Shown one piece after another: positions 21,830 to 32,588 of a stretch of DNA of 64,000 nucleotides (position 1 is its first letter; the number at the start of each line of letters is the position of its first letter). The position numbers were made by a program, and so were the translations under genes. Below the pieces are notes generated by a model. That model ran no database searches, had not been told where the DNA came from, and worked only from the letters and a program-made list of their open reading frames with translations. Location of the stretch: contig CAWFGE010000013.1 of assembly GCA_963815195.1 (NCBI GenBank), positions 1 through 64,000 on the forward strand, read 5' to 3'. This DNA is from an uncultured Planctomycetaceae bacterium. Lineage in GTDB: Bacteria > Planctomycetota > Planctomycetia > Planctomycetales > Planctomycetaceae.

Positions 21830-24700
21830 TTATTCCAACGTGCGTTTGACCTCCTTCACGCGGAAGGCTTCCAAGAGGTCGCCCTCTTTGACATCGTTAA
21901 AGCCCGCGAGCCGAATCCCGCATTCCATGCCTTCGCGGACTTCTTTCGCGTCGTCTTTTTCGCGCTTGAGCGACGCGAGATCGTAGTCGCCGATGATCTT
22001 CTGATCGCGGATGACGTTCACGCGGTTGTTGCGGTCGATGGTGCCGTTCAAAACCCGGCAGCCGGCGATCGTGCCGAACCGGCTGATCTTGAAGGTTTGC
22101 AAGACCAAGGCCCGCCCGGTGGTTTCCTGCACCCGTTCGGGAATTAACAGGCCTTCCAAAGCTTGTTTGATGTGGTCGGTGACTTCGTAGATGATGTCGT
22201 ACCGCCGGATTTCCACGCCTTCCTTGTCCGCGGCCTGGGCGGCCTGATCGTCGGGGACGACGTGGAAGGCGATGATGATCGCCCCCGCCGCGCTCGCCAG
22301 CGAGACATCGCTTTCGTTCACGCCGCCCACGCCTTCGTGGACGATTTCCACGCGGACTTCGGGATGCTCGAACTTCGTGATCTCGCTCCGCAGGGCTTCC
22401 AGCGAGCCGGGCGTGTCGGCTTTGATAATCAAAGGCAGATCCTGAACGCCCCCGCCCACGGCTTTGTTCAGAATATCGTCCAACGTCTTGGGCCGGCCGG
22501 AACTGCCGAGGCGTACGGCGAGGCCGGTGTGCCGGCGTTCTTCGGCGGCGAGGCGGGCATCGTCGATGTCGGTCATCGTGTAGAAGCGGTTGCCCGCGCC
22601 GGGCATGCTGTCGAGGCCTGCGATCTTGACGGGGGTGGAAGGACCGGCTTCCTGAATCTCCTGATCGCGGTCGTCGTAGATCGCGCGGACCCGCCCGTAC
22701 GCCGAGCCGCAGAGCACCACGTCCCCGATGCGGAGCGTCCCCTTCTTGACCATCAGCCAGGCCAACACGCCCCGGCCTTCGTCGCGGAAGGCTTCGAGAC
22801 ACACCCCGACCGCGGGGCAATTCGGATTGGTTTTGTAATCCTGGAGTTCCGCCGTCAAAAGCAGGGTTTCGAGGAGTTTGTCGATCCCCGTGCCGGTGAG
22901 GGCCGAGGTGCGGACGACTTCGACGTCCCCGCCCCACTCGGCGGGCAGGATGTCCTGGCCCGCGAGCTCGGTCAGCACGCGCTGCTCGTCGGTGTCGGGA
23001 CGGTCGATCTTATTCATCGCGACCACGATCGGGACTTTGGCGGCTTTGGCGTGGCTGATGCACTCGATGGTTTGGGGCATCACGCCGTCGTCCGCGGCGA
23101 CGACGAGCACGATGATGTCGGTCACGTTCGCCCCCCGGGCCCGCATTTCGCCGAAGGCGGCGTGGCCGGGCGTATCCACAAAGGTCAACTTTTTGCCGTC
23201 GTGCTCCACCTGATAGGAGGCGATGTGCTGCGTGATGCCGCCCGCTTCTCCGCCCGCCACGTTGGTTTTGCGGATCGTATCGAGCAGCGTCGTCTTGCCG
23301 TGATCGACGTGGCCCAGAATCGTGATGACCGGCGGCCGGGGCCGAGGTCTTCGGGGTTGTCCTCGTGCTCGAGTCGGGCCGCGAGTTCCTCTTCGATGTT
23401 TCGGCCGTGCTTGATGATCAGATCGACGCCGAGCTCGAGCGCCAGTTCCAGCGCGGTTTCCTCGGTGATCTGGTCGTTGATGTTGGCTCTCACGCCGTTG
23501 TTGACGAACAGGATCGTCATCAAATCCTTGGCGGGCCGGCCCATGGCTTCGGACAGGCTGCGAATGGTGATGGGCAAATCGACCTCGGCTTCGGTCTTAT
23601 GGACAACGGGGCCCTTGCGGGATTTTTTGCGGCGGCGGATCCCTTTCCCGGGGGCCTGCTGCATGGCGTCTTCCTGCACGTTGCCCCGCCGCCGGCGTTT
23701 TTGTTGCGGCTTGCCTCGATCGCGGGATTCTTCGAGTTCCCGCTCCCGATCGCGGCGGCGCTTGAGATCGGTCCGCCCGCCTTTGCCCGGTTCTTTTTCC
23801 TCCCGGCCGCGCTCCTCAATGTGCCGTTCGTACTGCCGCCGCAAAGGCGCATCGCCTTTGAGCATGTCGCCCGTGAGCTTGAAATCGGGCTTTTGGGCCG
23901 CGGGTTCTTCGACGGGTTTGGGCTTTTTGGGTTTCGGGGTGGACATCTCCGGGGCCGATGCGATGAACGGCATCGAGGGCTTGGCCGGCTTCTTCTTCTC
24001 CTTGTCCTTGTCCGGCCGCGATTTGCGCTGCCGATCGGTCACGTTGGCCCGCGGCTTCATTTCCATGTCGCGAATCGAATGGCCCGCCCCCCCCGCCGGG
24101 GCAATGTAATCTTCCTGCCGGTGCGCGGCGGGGGCTTCGGCTTCCGCCTTGGCCTTTTTTTCTTCGGCGGGTTTCGCTTTGGCCTCTGTTTTCGCGGGTT
24201 CGGCTTTCTCGTCCGCTTCGACGGCCGCCGATTCCGTTTCTTCGGTCGCTTCTTCGGCGGCCTCGGCTTCGCCCTCCTCGGCGGGCGCTTCAATCACGCG
24301 AGTTTCGGCGGCGACTTCGGCTTCCTCTTCCACTTCCTCGGCGACTTCGGGTTCCTCGACGTCGGTTTCGGCATCGGGTTCGAGATCGACCGTGGCGGTT
24401 CCGCTGCCGGCCATCCGCGAACTGATCCGCCCGCCCTGGGACCGCGAGACCTCGATTTTGCGGACTTTGCCCCCGGTCTCCACGGACTCTTCCCGCATTG
24501 GGGTCATCGGGCCTTGAGCTTGAGCCGGGGCCGACTGGGTCTTTTGCTCGATGTAATTGACGACAACATCCCGCTGCTCGGGCGAAATGCTGGCCAAAGC
24601 GGAATTCTTCGCCTTGACGCCCGCTTGGTTGCAGTACTCAATCAGACTCCTTGCTTTCGATTCCCAGTTCTTTCGCCAACGCGAAAATCCTGATAGCCAA
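21830..24700 (-). CDS. infB: Translation initiation factor IF-2 (frameshifts near 24645 and 23340)
   Basis: TTG start gives [12 protein letters not shown]. Further motifs are [31 protein letters not shown] and NKID, with C-terminal [10 protein letters not shown]. Confidence 0.96.
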
Positions 24701-24847
24701 ATGCATCTCCCCGGGGCTCACCCCGATTTCAAAACCAATCAATAAATCAAAAACGTGTTATGAAAAAACTCCGACACTCGGAGAATCAAAACTCGCCGCC
24801 TCTTCGTTGTACGAATTTCTCGAGAATTTCTTTCATTCCCCCCACTC

Positions 24848-25165
24848 TCAGAGTTGTGAACGGCTGGGATCTCGAAACTCCAAATCCAAGAGCGAACTTT
24901 CGCCAGGTTCCAAACACAGAAGTATCGAAATCTGGGAAAGAACATCTTCGGGCAATTGGCGCAAATAACCCATCGCATAATCGTGCCGCTCTCCTTTGGA
25001 CCTCCCGTGAAACGCGGGATCGACAATTCGTATCCGAATCGAAGCCGGATTGTAGCGGTAGACATCCGAGTCCGCGCCAGGATGAGATTCCTTGAATTTC
25101 GATAAGGCGGAATCCACCTGCGCGACGGCATCGTCATCGTTCGTTTTTTGCAATTTCTTCGCCAT
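24848..25165 (-). CDS. Small protein with BolA-like motif; putative partner/antitoxin of the adjacent HEPN gene
   Basis: SIRIRIVDPAFHGRSKGERHDYAMGYL resembles the BolA pattern IVS..F.G.S...RH..V...L. It starts 14 nt after the HEPN stop. Confidence 0.65.
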   Translation of the reverse strand: MAKKLQKTNDDDAVAQVDSALSKFKESHPGADSDVYRYNPASIRIRIVDPAFHGRSKGERHDYAMGYLRQLPEDVLSQISILLCLEPGESSLLDLEFRDPSRSQL

Positions 25166-25179
25166 ATTCAAACCGTGAG

Positions 25180-25584
25180 TTAAATGCGGTTGTCGGCCCA
25201 CTCCAGGACTCTTTTTACTTCCTCGATAAAACGTGTCGCGTCTTTCGGATCACCAATCCCCGGTTGATATCGCAGTGACGTTTCCCAAGTCGACACAAAA
25301 GCAAGCGATTCGCTGATACGTGCCGGAAGCGGTGGGGCATTTGTCTGGCGCAGCCATTCAAATTGGTGTGCTCGTTGTCCGCGAAACTCAGTTTCAATCT
25401 CCTCGTGATCTTTTTTTGGCATCGAATTCAATATAAGCGATTTCAACATACATTCCACTGCGTATCCTGCCAGGTACACACATCCAACATAATAGCCGGC
25501 GTCAAACAACACCTCAGCCTCTTCTAAACGTTGGTAAGCAACGCGGTAGAATCGTCTTGGAATAGGTGAAGCCGGGGTACTCAT
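25180..25584 (-). CDS. HEPN domain protein
   Basis: AYQRLEEAEVLFDAGYY..VYLAGYAVECMLKSLI..AH.F..L..WETSLRY..DATRFIE is the HEPN four-helix pattern. Confidence 0.85.
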   Translation of the reverse strand: MSTPASPIPRRFYRVAYQRLEEAEVLFDAGYYVGCVYLAGYAVECMLKSLILNSMPKKDHEEIETEFRGQRAHQFEWLRQTNAPPLPARISESLAFVSTWETSLRYQPGIGDPKDATRFIEEVKRVLEWADNRI

Positions 25585-25638
25585 CAGATTGCTAAAGCGA
25601 TCTGTCTATTCGGATTCCAGTCAGAATAATTTCGGGGT

Positions 25639-27315
25639 TTAAGTTCCTTCCGCTTTGGATTCCTCTTCGCTGCCCACGGCCGCTTCCACCGCGCTGTCGG
25701 ACATTTCGGAATCCACGCCTGCGGACTTGATGTCTTCCGCGCTTTCCGTTTCGCCGGGCTCCAGATTCGTCGCTTCGGCCGCCGCCCCGGACAGGCCCTC
25801 CAACTCAGGCGTTTCCGGAACTTCTTCTCCCATCGCGAGTTCCGCAACGTCCGATTCCGCGCCCTCTTCCGCCGCCTTTTCCTCGGCCTCGGCAATTTCG
25901 TGCTCGGTCTGGATCTCCTCCTGAGCATCCTCCGCCGCTTCGAGGGTGTGCGTGTCCTCATCGGCTTCTGCATCCTCGGCTTCCGCGTCCTCATTGACTT
26001 CGGCGTCCTCGGTTTCCGCTTCTTCATTTGCTTCCGCGGCCTCGGCTTCCTCGGCGGCCGGCTCCTCCGATTGGGGGGTGGGCGGCGTCAGGGCTTCGAG
26101 TTCCGCCTGTTCCCGCCTCAGCCGCGCCGCTTCCCGGGCATGCTCGCGCTCTCGCTCTTCCTCGCGAACGGCTTCAATGTCCGCAAAATCAATAATCGCC
26201 TCGCACTGTTCGGGCGTCAACTCTCCGAGTTCGGCCAACTGATCGGGCTCGATCACCGACAAATCGTCGAATGTAAAGAACCCCTGGACCACCAAATCCT
26301 CGGCCAACTCCTCGGTGACACCTGGGATTTGAGAAAACGCGGACATGCTTCTGTCGATTTGTTCGTCGAGCTTTTCCTGGGTCATCACGTGGATGTCCCA
26401 GCCGACGAGTTTCGACGCCAGGCGAACGTTTTGCCCTTTTTTGCCGATGGCCAGCGAGAGTTGGTCATCGAGCACCAAAACGATCACTTTTCCCAGCATG
26501 GGGCAGAGGATGACATCTTCCACCTCGGCCGGCTGAAGTGCATTTGGCACAAGGACTTGCAGCGAATCGTTCCAACGGACAATGTCGATCCGCTCGCCGA
26601 CCAACTCATCGACGACGCTTTTGATCCGCGACCCCCGCACGCCCACGCAGGCCCCGACGCAATCGATCTTGCTGTCGAAACACGACACCGCGACCTTCGA
26701 GCGGTAACCCGCTTCGCGGGCCAGCGACCGGACCTCGATAATATGGTCGGCCACTTCGGGGATTTCGAGTTCAAACAGCCGCCGGACCAATTCGACGTGC
26801 GTTCGGGACAGAATGATCTTGACCCGGCTGCCGGCTTTGCGGACATCCATAATCACCGCCCGCACCCGTTCGCCCACGCGGAAACTCTCGCCGGGAATCT
26901 GCTCGGAACGGGGCAGAAAGCCTTCGACTTTCCCGAGGCTCACCGTGACCGAGCCGCCTTCCACGCGGGTCACGGCCCCGGTCACAATCTGACTTTTCAG
27001 TTCGATGAACTCGTCATAAAGCGAGTCGCGCTCGGCCTCGCGGATTTTCTGGATCATCACTTGTTTGGCGGTCTGGGCGGCAATCCGCCCCAACAGATCC
27101 CCAATTTCGTCGGCGTTGAGCGGTTCGTTCTCCACGGACGCGGAAACGTCCCCGCTGTCGCGGTCGATATCGACCTCGACCTCGGCCTCTTCGCCAAAGT
27201 GCTTTCGCGCAGCCGAGATGATCGCCTGCTCGATCCCCTCGAAAACGATGCTTTTCTCGATGTTCTTGTCGCGATGAATCATCTCGACAACACGGAGAAG
27301 TTCGGGTCCGTTCAT
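25639..27315 (-). CDS. nusA: Transcription termination/antitermination factor NusA with long acidic tail
   Basis: [12 protein letters not shown]1 domain, [41 protein letters not shown]. Confidence 0.97.
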   Translation of the reverse strand: MNGPELLRVVEMIHRDKNIEKSIVFEGIEQAIISAARKHFGEEAEVEVDIDRDSGDVSASVENEPLNADEIGDLLGRIAAQTAKQVMIQKIREAERDSLYDEFIELKSQIVTGAVTRVEGGSVTVSLGKVEGFLPRSEQIPGESFRVGERVRAVIMDVRKAGSRVKIILSRTHVELVRRLFELEIPEVADHIIEVRSLAREAGYRSKVAVSCFDSKIDCVGACVGVRGSRIKSVVDELVGERIDIVRWNDSLQVLVPNALQPAEVEDVILCPMLGKVIVLVLDDQLSLAIGKKGQNVRLASKLVGWDIHVMTQEKLDEQIDRSMSAFSQIPGVTEELAEDLVVQGFFTFDDLSVIEPDQLAELGELTPEQCEAIIDFADIEAVREEEREREHAREAARLRREQAELEALTPPTPQSEEPAAEEAEAAEANEEAETEDAEVNEDAEAEDAEADEDTHTLEAAEDAQEEIQTEHEIAEAEEKAAEEGAESDVAELAMGEEVPETPELEGLSGAAAEATNLEPGETESAEDIKSAGVDSEMSDSAVEAAVGSEEESKAEGT

Positions 27316-27337
27316 TTGTGTCTCATTCCCCAATAAC

Positions 27338-27364
27338 AAAAAAAGTGGGCACCAGTCCCACTTC
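27338..27364 (-). promoter_or_regulatory. rimP-leader-type attenuator hairpin directly upstream of nusA
   Basis: The minus strand reads GAAGTGGG-ACTGGTG-CCCAC-TTTTTTT, ending 22 nt before the nusA ATG. Confidence 0.75.
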
Positions 27365-28067
27365 TCCTGGCTTTCCCGGTCTTTCCGGAAAAGCCACAGC
27401 GTGTGGCCAATAACGCCGAAAACGTGAAAACCACGTCTCCAGTCCGAGAGACATCATCCCCAATCCATTGCCCTGAGAATCATGCCGGCCGGACGCGCCA
27501 GGCCTGAGTTTTCTTCCACGTCTACATCAGGGAAACTCCCAACGAGTCCGACATTTCCGAAAAACCTCCAAGCCACATAGTTCTTTCCTCAATTGTTCGT
27601 CGTCACGCACAAACCAGCAAGGCGGGGAGTGAACCTTTCTCGCCGCTTTCCGCAAATCCGGCAAAAGCAACCGCGAAAAGGTCCCCCTTCCCGGAGGTTT
27701 TTTCGTGTGCGTACATTCTCCAAACGAGTTCCGAAAAACTCACCATGAAAAATACTCACCCCGAGTCAAACTGTCAAGGAGTCTCCCTTCCCGAAGCAAA
27801 ACTTCCCAGCAAGAAGTCCAAACGCCTAAAAACGTTTTGGGCCGCGAGATCCCCGCCATTTATCCCGGTGGGGCGAATGACAAAACCCGCGCGAAGGCTT
27901 CAATCGGATCGATCCGGAAATCGCGATTCAAGCGCGCCGTGGTGCGGTTTTGGCGAAAGCTCGCATGGTGACTGTGGAATCATTTGACACACTGCCCGCT
28001 TGACCTAGGGTTTTGGCGTCTCGAAGCGTTTCTTCATCATTATCCGCTCCGATCGGAGAGCATCCTC

Positions 28068-28571
28068 ATGTTGACGCCCACACAACCGCGCGGCCGGCGC
28101 GGGTTCACGCTGGTGGAAGTGCTGATCGTTTTCGCCGTTCTCGCCATTATGACCGCCACGGTGTTGCCGCAGTTCACGGCCGCCAATGATGATGCCCGGG
28201 AATCCGCCCTGCGGGAAGACCTCAAGCTGCTTCGCAGCCAAATCGAGCTTTACAAATACCAGCACAGAGGCAGCTACCCGGGCAAAGGCTCGATCTATCC
28301 CGACGACTTTCTGAATGCCATGTTGCTTTCCAGCGACCTCGACGGCACAACCGGCCCCATCAACACCAAGCCCTTCGGCCCCTACTTCATCGGCCAACTT
28401 CCGCCCAACCCGTACACCGGCGGGACCAAGGTCCGGATTGTGGATGATGTCGCCGCCGAGGTCCCCGATGACGATCGGGTCATCGGTTGGATCTACAATG
28501 CCGACACCGGCAAGATCAAAGCCAACACGACCGGCACCGCCGGGGACGGCACACCGCTTCAAAAACTTTAG
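28068..28571 (+). CDS. Type IV prepilin-like / GspG-like pseudopilin
   Basis: RRG|FTLVEVLIVFAVLAIM class III signal, followed by LRSQIELYK and LPPNPY. Confidence 0.9.
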   Translation: MLTPTQPRGRRGFTLVEVLIVFAVLAIMTATVLPQFTAANDDARESALREDLKLLRSQIELYKYQHRGSYPGKGSIYPDDFLNAMLLSSDLDGTTGPINTKPFGPYFIGQLPPNPYTGGTKVRIVDDVAAEVPDDDRVIGWIYNADTGKIKANTTGTAGDGTPLQKL

Positions 28572-28616
28572 GCCCTGCTGGAACGTGCTGACCGCTACGT
28601 TTCTGCGCCGCGAATG

Positions 28617-28652
28617 CAAAAGAGCAAGGGACACGTTCCCTTGCTCTTTTTG
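28617..28652. terminator. Bidirectional intrinsic terminator between convergent genes
   Basis: AAAAGAGCAAGGGA-CACGT-TCCCTTGCTCTTTTT. Confidence 0.8.
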
Positions 28653-28674
28653 AAATCGCGATGCCTGTTGTTGT

Positions 28675-29010
<336 letters not shown>

Positions 29011-29403
29011 TCTAAAACCTTCTCCTTTTGTGTGTTCCCCAAGTGAAATCTGAGGATGAACGCCAAAGTGGTCCATCCCCGCATTTGTTCAAAACCTCAA
29101 AATTATAACGGCCTTTCCGCGCGCTGACGAGGACAATTCGCGGGGAGAACCAGAGTTTTTGCACAATTCCCGCCGCCGTTGCTCCCGAAGGTTTTCACTC
29201 CGTCGGTTTTTCGTATCTGGAGAGGTAGCCGAGACTTAAGAAACGCCGGCGACTCTCCACACGCGGCTTTCCCTGCGTGGCCTCTGCTCTTGTGTGGCCT
29301 TTGCCCCTGAATTTGAGGATTTCGCTCTCCGGGACACTTGATTCCGCTGAGGCGGTGTTCCAAGATACCCGCTTGGGGTCCAATTCCTTTTCAGGAGAGC
29401 GCG

Positions 29404-30685
29404 ATGAGCATGCGAAGGCGACGGCACGGAGCCACCTGGCTGAGTTTGGGAATTTTCTGTTTCTGTTTCACCCTCGGTTGCGGCAATCGCGACACCGAAC
29501 CGTCCGACGATGCCCCGGCGACCCCGCATCAAAACACCACGGACTCGAACAAGGACCCCGCCCCTATGGGACTTTCCATTCAAAAAGAACCGTTCGGCGA
29601 GCTCCAAGCCGAGGCCGGCGGTCAGACCTTTCCCATCACCCGCTACCTCCTCAACAACGAAAACGGCATGAGCGTGGCGATTCTCGATTACGGGGCGATC
29701 ATCCAGTCGCTCAGCACGCCCGACACGTCCGGGAAGAAAGCGACCGTCACGTTGGGCTTCGCCGAGGCCGCCGGCTACACGGACACCGAGAATCCCGATC
29801 CCTATTTCGGGGCGATCTGCGGGCGGTTTTCCAACCGCATCGCCAAGGGGAAGTTCACCCTCGACGGCAAGGAATATCGAGCTCGCCACGAACGACGACC
29901 CCAACCATCTCCACGGCGGCAAGCGCGGGTTCAACGACAAGCTCTGGCAAGCCCGCGAACTGCCCAGGGAAGGCGATCACGTTTCGCTCCAGTTGACCAA
30001 CGTCAGCCAAGACGGGGAAGAAGGCTACCCCGGCGACCTCACGGTCAACGTCGTGTATTCCCTCAACAACAAGAACGAGCTCAAGATCGATTACACCGCC
30101 CACACCACCAAAGCCACGCCTTTGAATCTCACCAATCACAGCTACTGGAACCTGGCGGGCGTCGAATACGGAGCCGGGGCGAAGAACTCCGAATCCATTT
30201 TGAACCACGAGCTCAGGCTCGCATGCGACAAGTATCTGCCCGTGAATAAGACCTTGATCCCCACGGGTGAGCTCAAACCCGTCGCGGGAACGCCGATGGA
30301 CTTTACGACCGCCCATGCCATCGGCAGCCGGTTCGACGAACTCCCCAAGACCGACCCCAAAGGCTACGACCACTGCTTCGTGCGGACGGATTACGAAGGC
30401 TTTAGCGAAACGCCGAAGCTCATCGCCCGGGCCAGCGAGCCCACCTCCGGGCGGGTGATGGAAGTCTTGACGACGGAACCGGCCGTGCAGTTTTACACGG
30501 GGAACTTTCTTGCCGGCAAACCTGCGGACGGCGGCTTCCCGCAGCACCACGGCTTCTGTTTGGAATGCCAGCACCTGCCGGATTCTCCGAACCAAAGCTT
30601 CCCCGAAAAATACAACGCCATTCTCAAACCCGGCGAGGCCTATCAGCAGACGACGATTTACCGCTTCTCCTGGAAGGCGGAATAA
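29404..30685 (+). CDS. galM: Aldose 1-epimerase (galactose mutarotase), lipoprotein-type N-terminus; frameshift(s) near 29880-29970
   Basis: TLG|C lipobox, YFGAICGRFSNRI, HLHGG (in shifted frame), EEGYPG, NLTNHSYWNL, GYDH, QFYTGNFL, CLECQ. Confidence 0.9.
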
Positions 30686-30907
30686 TCGAAGCGGCGGGCG
30701 TGGCATTTTCGACCAGCACGCACTTCGCTGAGATTCGAGCACGCTCCCCAAAAAGACGACGGGTTGCTATACTGCGTGCAGTCCCGCTGCGGCGGTTTGG
30801 CCGCGGCCTGTCTGGAACGGAGGCCATCGAGGTGCGATATGAAACGGAGTCCCGAACTCTCTCAATTGATGTTTCAAGGATTGATGCGGCTTGTGGAGAC
30901 GGTGCTA

Positions 30908-32029
30908 ATGACCGATGAACCGTATTATCCCGGTCTGGAAGGCGTGATCGCGGGCGAGACCCAAATCGCCACGGTCGACGAGGGGCTCTCTTACCGGGGT
31001 TATCCGATTGAAGAACTGGCCGACGAGGCCACGTTTCTGGAAGTGGCCTATTTGCTGCTTCACGGGGAACTGCCAAACCAGGAGTTTCTCGCCGACTTCC
31101 AATCGCTGATCGCCGAGGCTTCGGAAATCCCCGAGCCCGTGCTGGAGTTGTTGGAAGCGATCCCGATGCACGTGGGCAGCATGGATGTGCTGCGGACGGC
31201 CGTGAGCGCGGTGTCGCATTTCGATCCGCAATTGGACGACAACAGCCGCGCCGGTTCCCGCGCCAAAGCCACCCGGCTGCTCGCGCAGATTCCCATGCTG
31301 ATCGCGGCGAGGCACCGCTTGCTCGCCGGCCTTCCGCGGATCGATCCCAATCCGGAACTCAGCTACGCCGGCAATCTGCTGGCGATGATGACAGGAAAAA
31401 TGCCCTCGGCTGAACGGGAGCGGGCGATGGACGTTTCGCTGATCCTGTATGCCGAGCACGAGTTCAACGCTTCGACGTTCACGGCCCGGGTGGTGACCTC
31501 CACGATGTCGGATTTGTACTCCGCCGTGACTGCCGCGATCGGCGCGCTCAAAGGACCGCTCCACGGCGGGGCGAACGAACGGGTGATGGAGGTTCTCGAA
31601 GAAGTCGGCTCGCCCGCAAATGCCGAGGCCTGGGTGCGGAATGCCCTCGCTCAAAAACGGCGAATCATGGGCTTCGGCCACCGGGTTTATAAAGCCGGCG
31701 ATCCGCGGGCGAGGATTTTAAAGCACTATTGCCGGGAACTCGCGAGCACCGCGGAAGATCAAGAGTTGGAATCCATCGCGGACACGATCGAAGACATCGT
31801 GGGCGAAGAAAAAGGCCTGCCGCCGAATCTCGACTGGCCGAGCGCGCGGCTGTATCACTACATGGGCTTGGATGTCGAGCTTTATACGCCTCTGTTCGTG
31901 GCCAGCCGGGTCGCGGGCTGGTCCGCCCACATCATCGAGCAAGCCGAGAACAACCGCCTGATCCGCCCCCGCTCCCGCTACACCGGCCCCAAACGCCGCG
32001 AGTTCATTCCCCTCGCCCAACGCGGTTAG
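30908..32029 (+). CDS. Citrate / 2-methylcitrate synthase (short type)
   Basis: PGLEGV, LSYRGY, YAEHEFNASTF, LKGPLHGGANE, MGFGHRVYK, PNLD, RLIRP. Confidence 0.93.
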   Translation: MTDEPYYPGLEGVIAGETQIATVDEGLSYRGYPIEELADEATFLEVAYLLLHGELPNQEFLADFQSLIAEASEIPEPVLELLEAIPMHVGSMDVLRTAVSAVSHFDPQLDDNSRAGSRAKATRLLAQIPMLIAARHRLLAGLPRIDPNPELSYAGNLLAMMTGKMPSAERERAMDVSLILYAEHEFNASTFTARVVTSTMSDLYSAVTAAIGALKGPLHGGANERVMEVLEEVGSPANAEAWVRNALAQKRRIMGFGHRVYKAGDPRARILKHYCRELASTAEDQELESIADTIEDIVGEEKGLPPNLDWPSARLYHYMGLDVELYTPLFVASRVAGWSAHIIEQAENNRLIRPRSRYTGPKRREFIPLAQRG

Positions 32030-32123
32030 CTCCGCCTTGGTGATGACCACCGTGCTTGGAATCGGCGCGGCAGCTTCCGTGGCGTTGATGACCAGTTTGG
32101 GACTGTGGCCGGATCGGTCCACG

Positions 32124-32345
32124 TCATCGCCCATCGATATGCCCATCTTCTTTCTGATGGGCCTTCGTGCGGATCGAGTCGGCCGCGGACGTATAAAGGG
32201 TGAGCAGGATGTTCGGGATGGATCCACGACGGTACGCACCGCGGGTTGTCATATTCCAATAGGGCGGTTTGGCCAGCAGCAGATGCAATCCAGCCGGGGC
32301 GTATTGGATGACGCTGCGGACGTCTCCTTGCCGGATTTTCCTGTT
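32124..32345 (-). pseudogene. Possible decayed amino-DNA-methyltransferase fragment
   Basis: KIRQGDVRSVI...LHLLLAKPPYWNM resembles I.GD...vDL...(D/S)PPY motif IV. No FxGxG motif is found and the frame collapses. Confidence 0.3.
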
Positions 32346-32588
32346 TCTTGAGCCAAATTCACTTCCAATCTTGCATGGAGAATAGATGAGGGCTGCGCAT
32401 TGCAATGGCTGGCATCAATGGCAGGCCGGAAGACTTGCGTTCATTGATCTCCAACCGCTACAGCCTGGGTGGAAGGAGGTTTTGGAGGATTTTCCATGTT
32501 GTTGTCTGGCGTTTTTGCGATCTCCCCTGGGGGATGCCTATGGATGGGACTGCTTCTCTGTGTCCTTTTCGCACTCCTCATTTCGTAC

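Noticed and set aside
20933..24700. Frameshifts in infB and rbfA (and galM, redoxin, M48 peptidase) as pseudogenes or programmed frameshifts
   Set aside because: IF-2 is essential, the motifs are intact and indels are scattered window-wide, so sequencing or assembly error is the simplest explanation.
12214..27336. Long ORFs opposite real genes (12214..13824, 15309..16484, 17633..19063, 22163..24109, 25900..27336)
   Set aside because: They are shadow frames of well-supported genes on the other strand.
27365..28060. ncRNA or rimP in the long nusA-pseudopilin intergenic region
   Set aside because: Only weak hairpins and short non-conserved-looking ORFs are present; it is most likely a divergent promoter region.
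32469..32588. Hydrophobic N-terminal extension of the giant ORF as a signal peptide
   Set aside because: It cannot be excluded, but LEPRxLL-type proteins usually start with a short basic leader, matching the ATG at 32589. The start is left uncertain.
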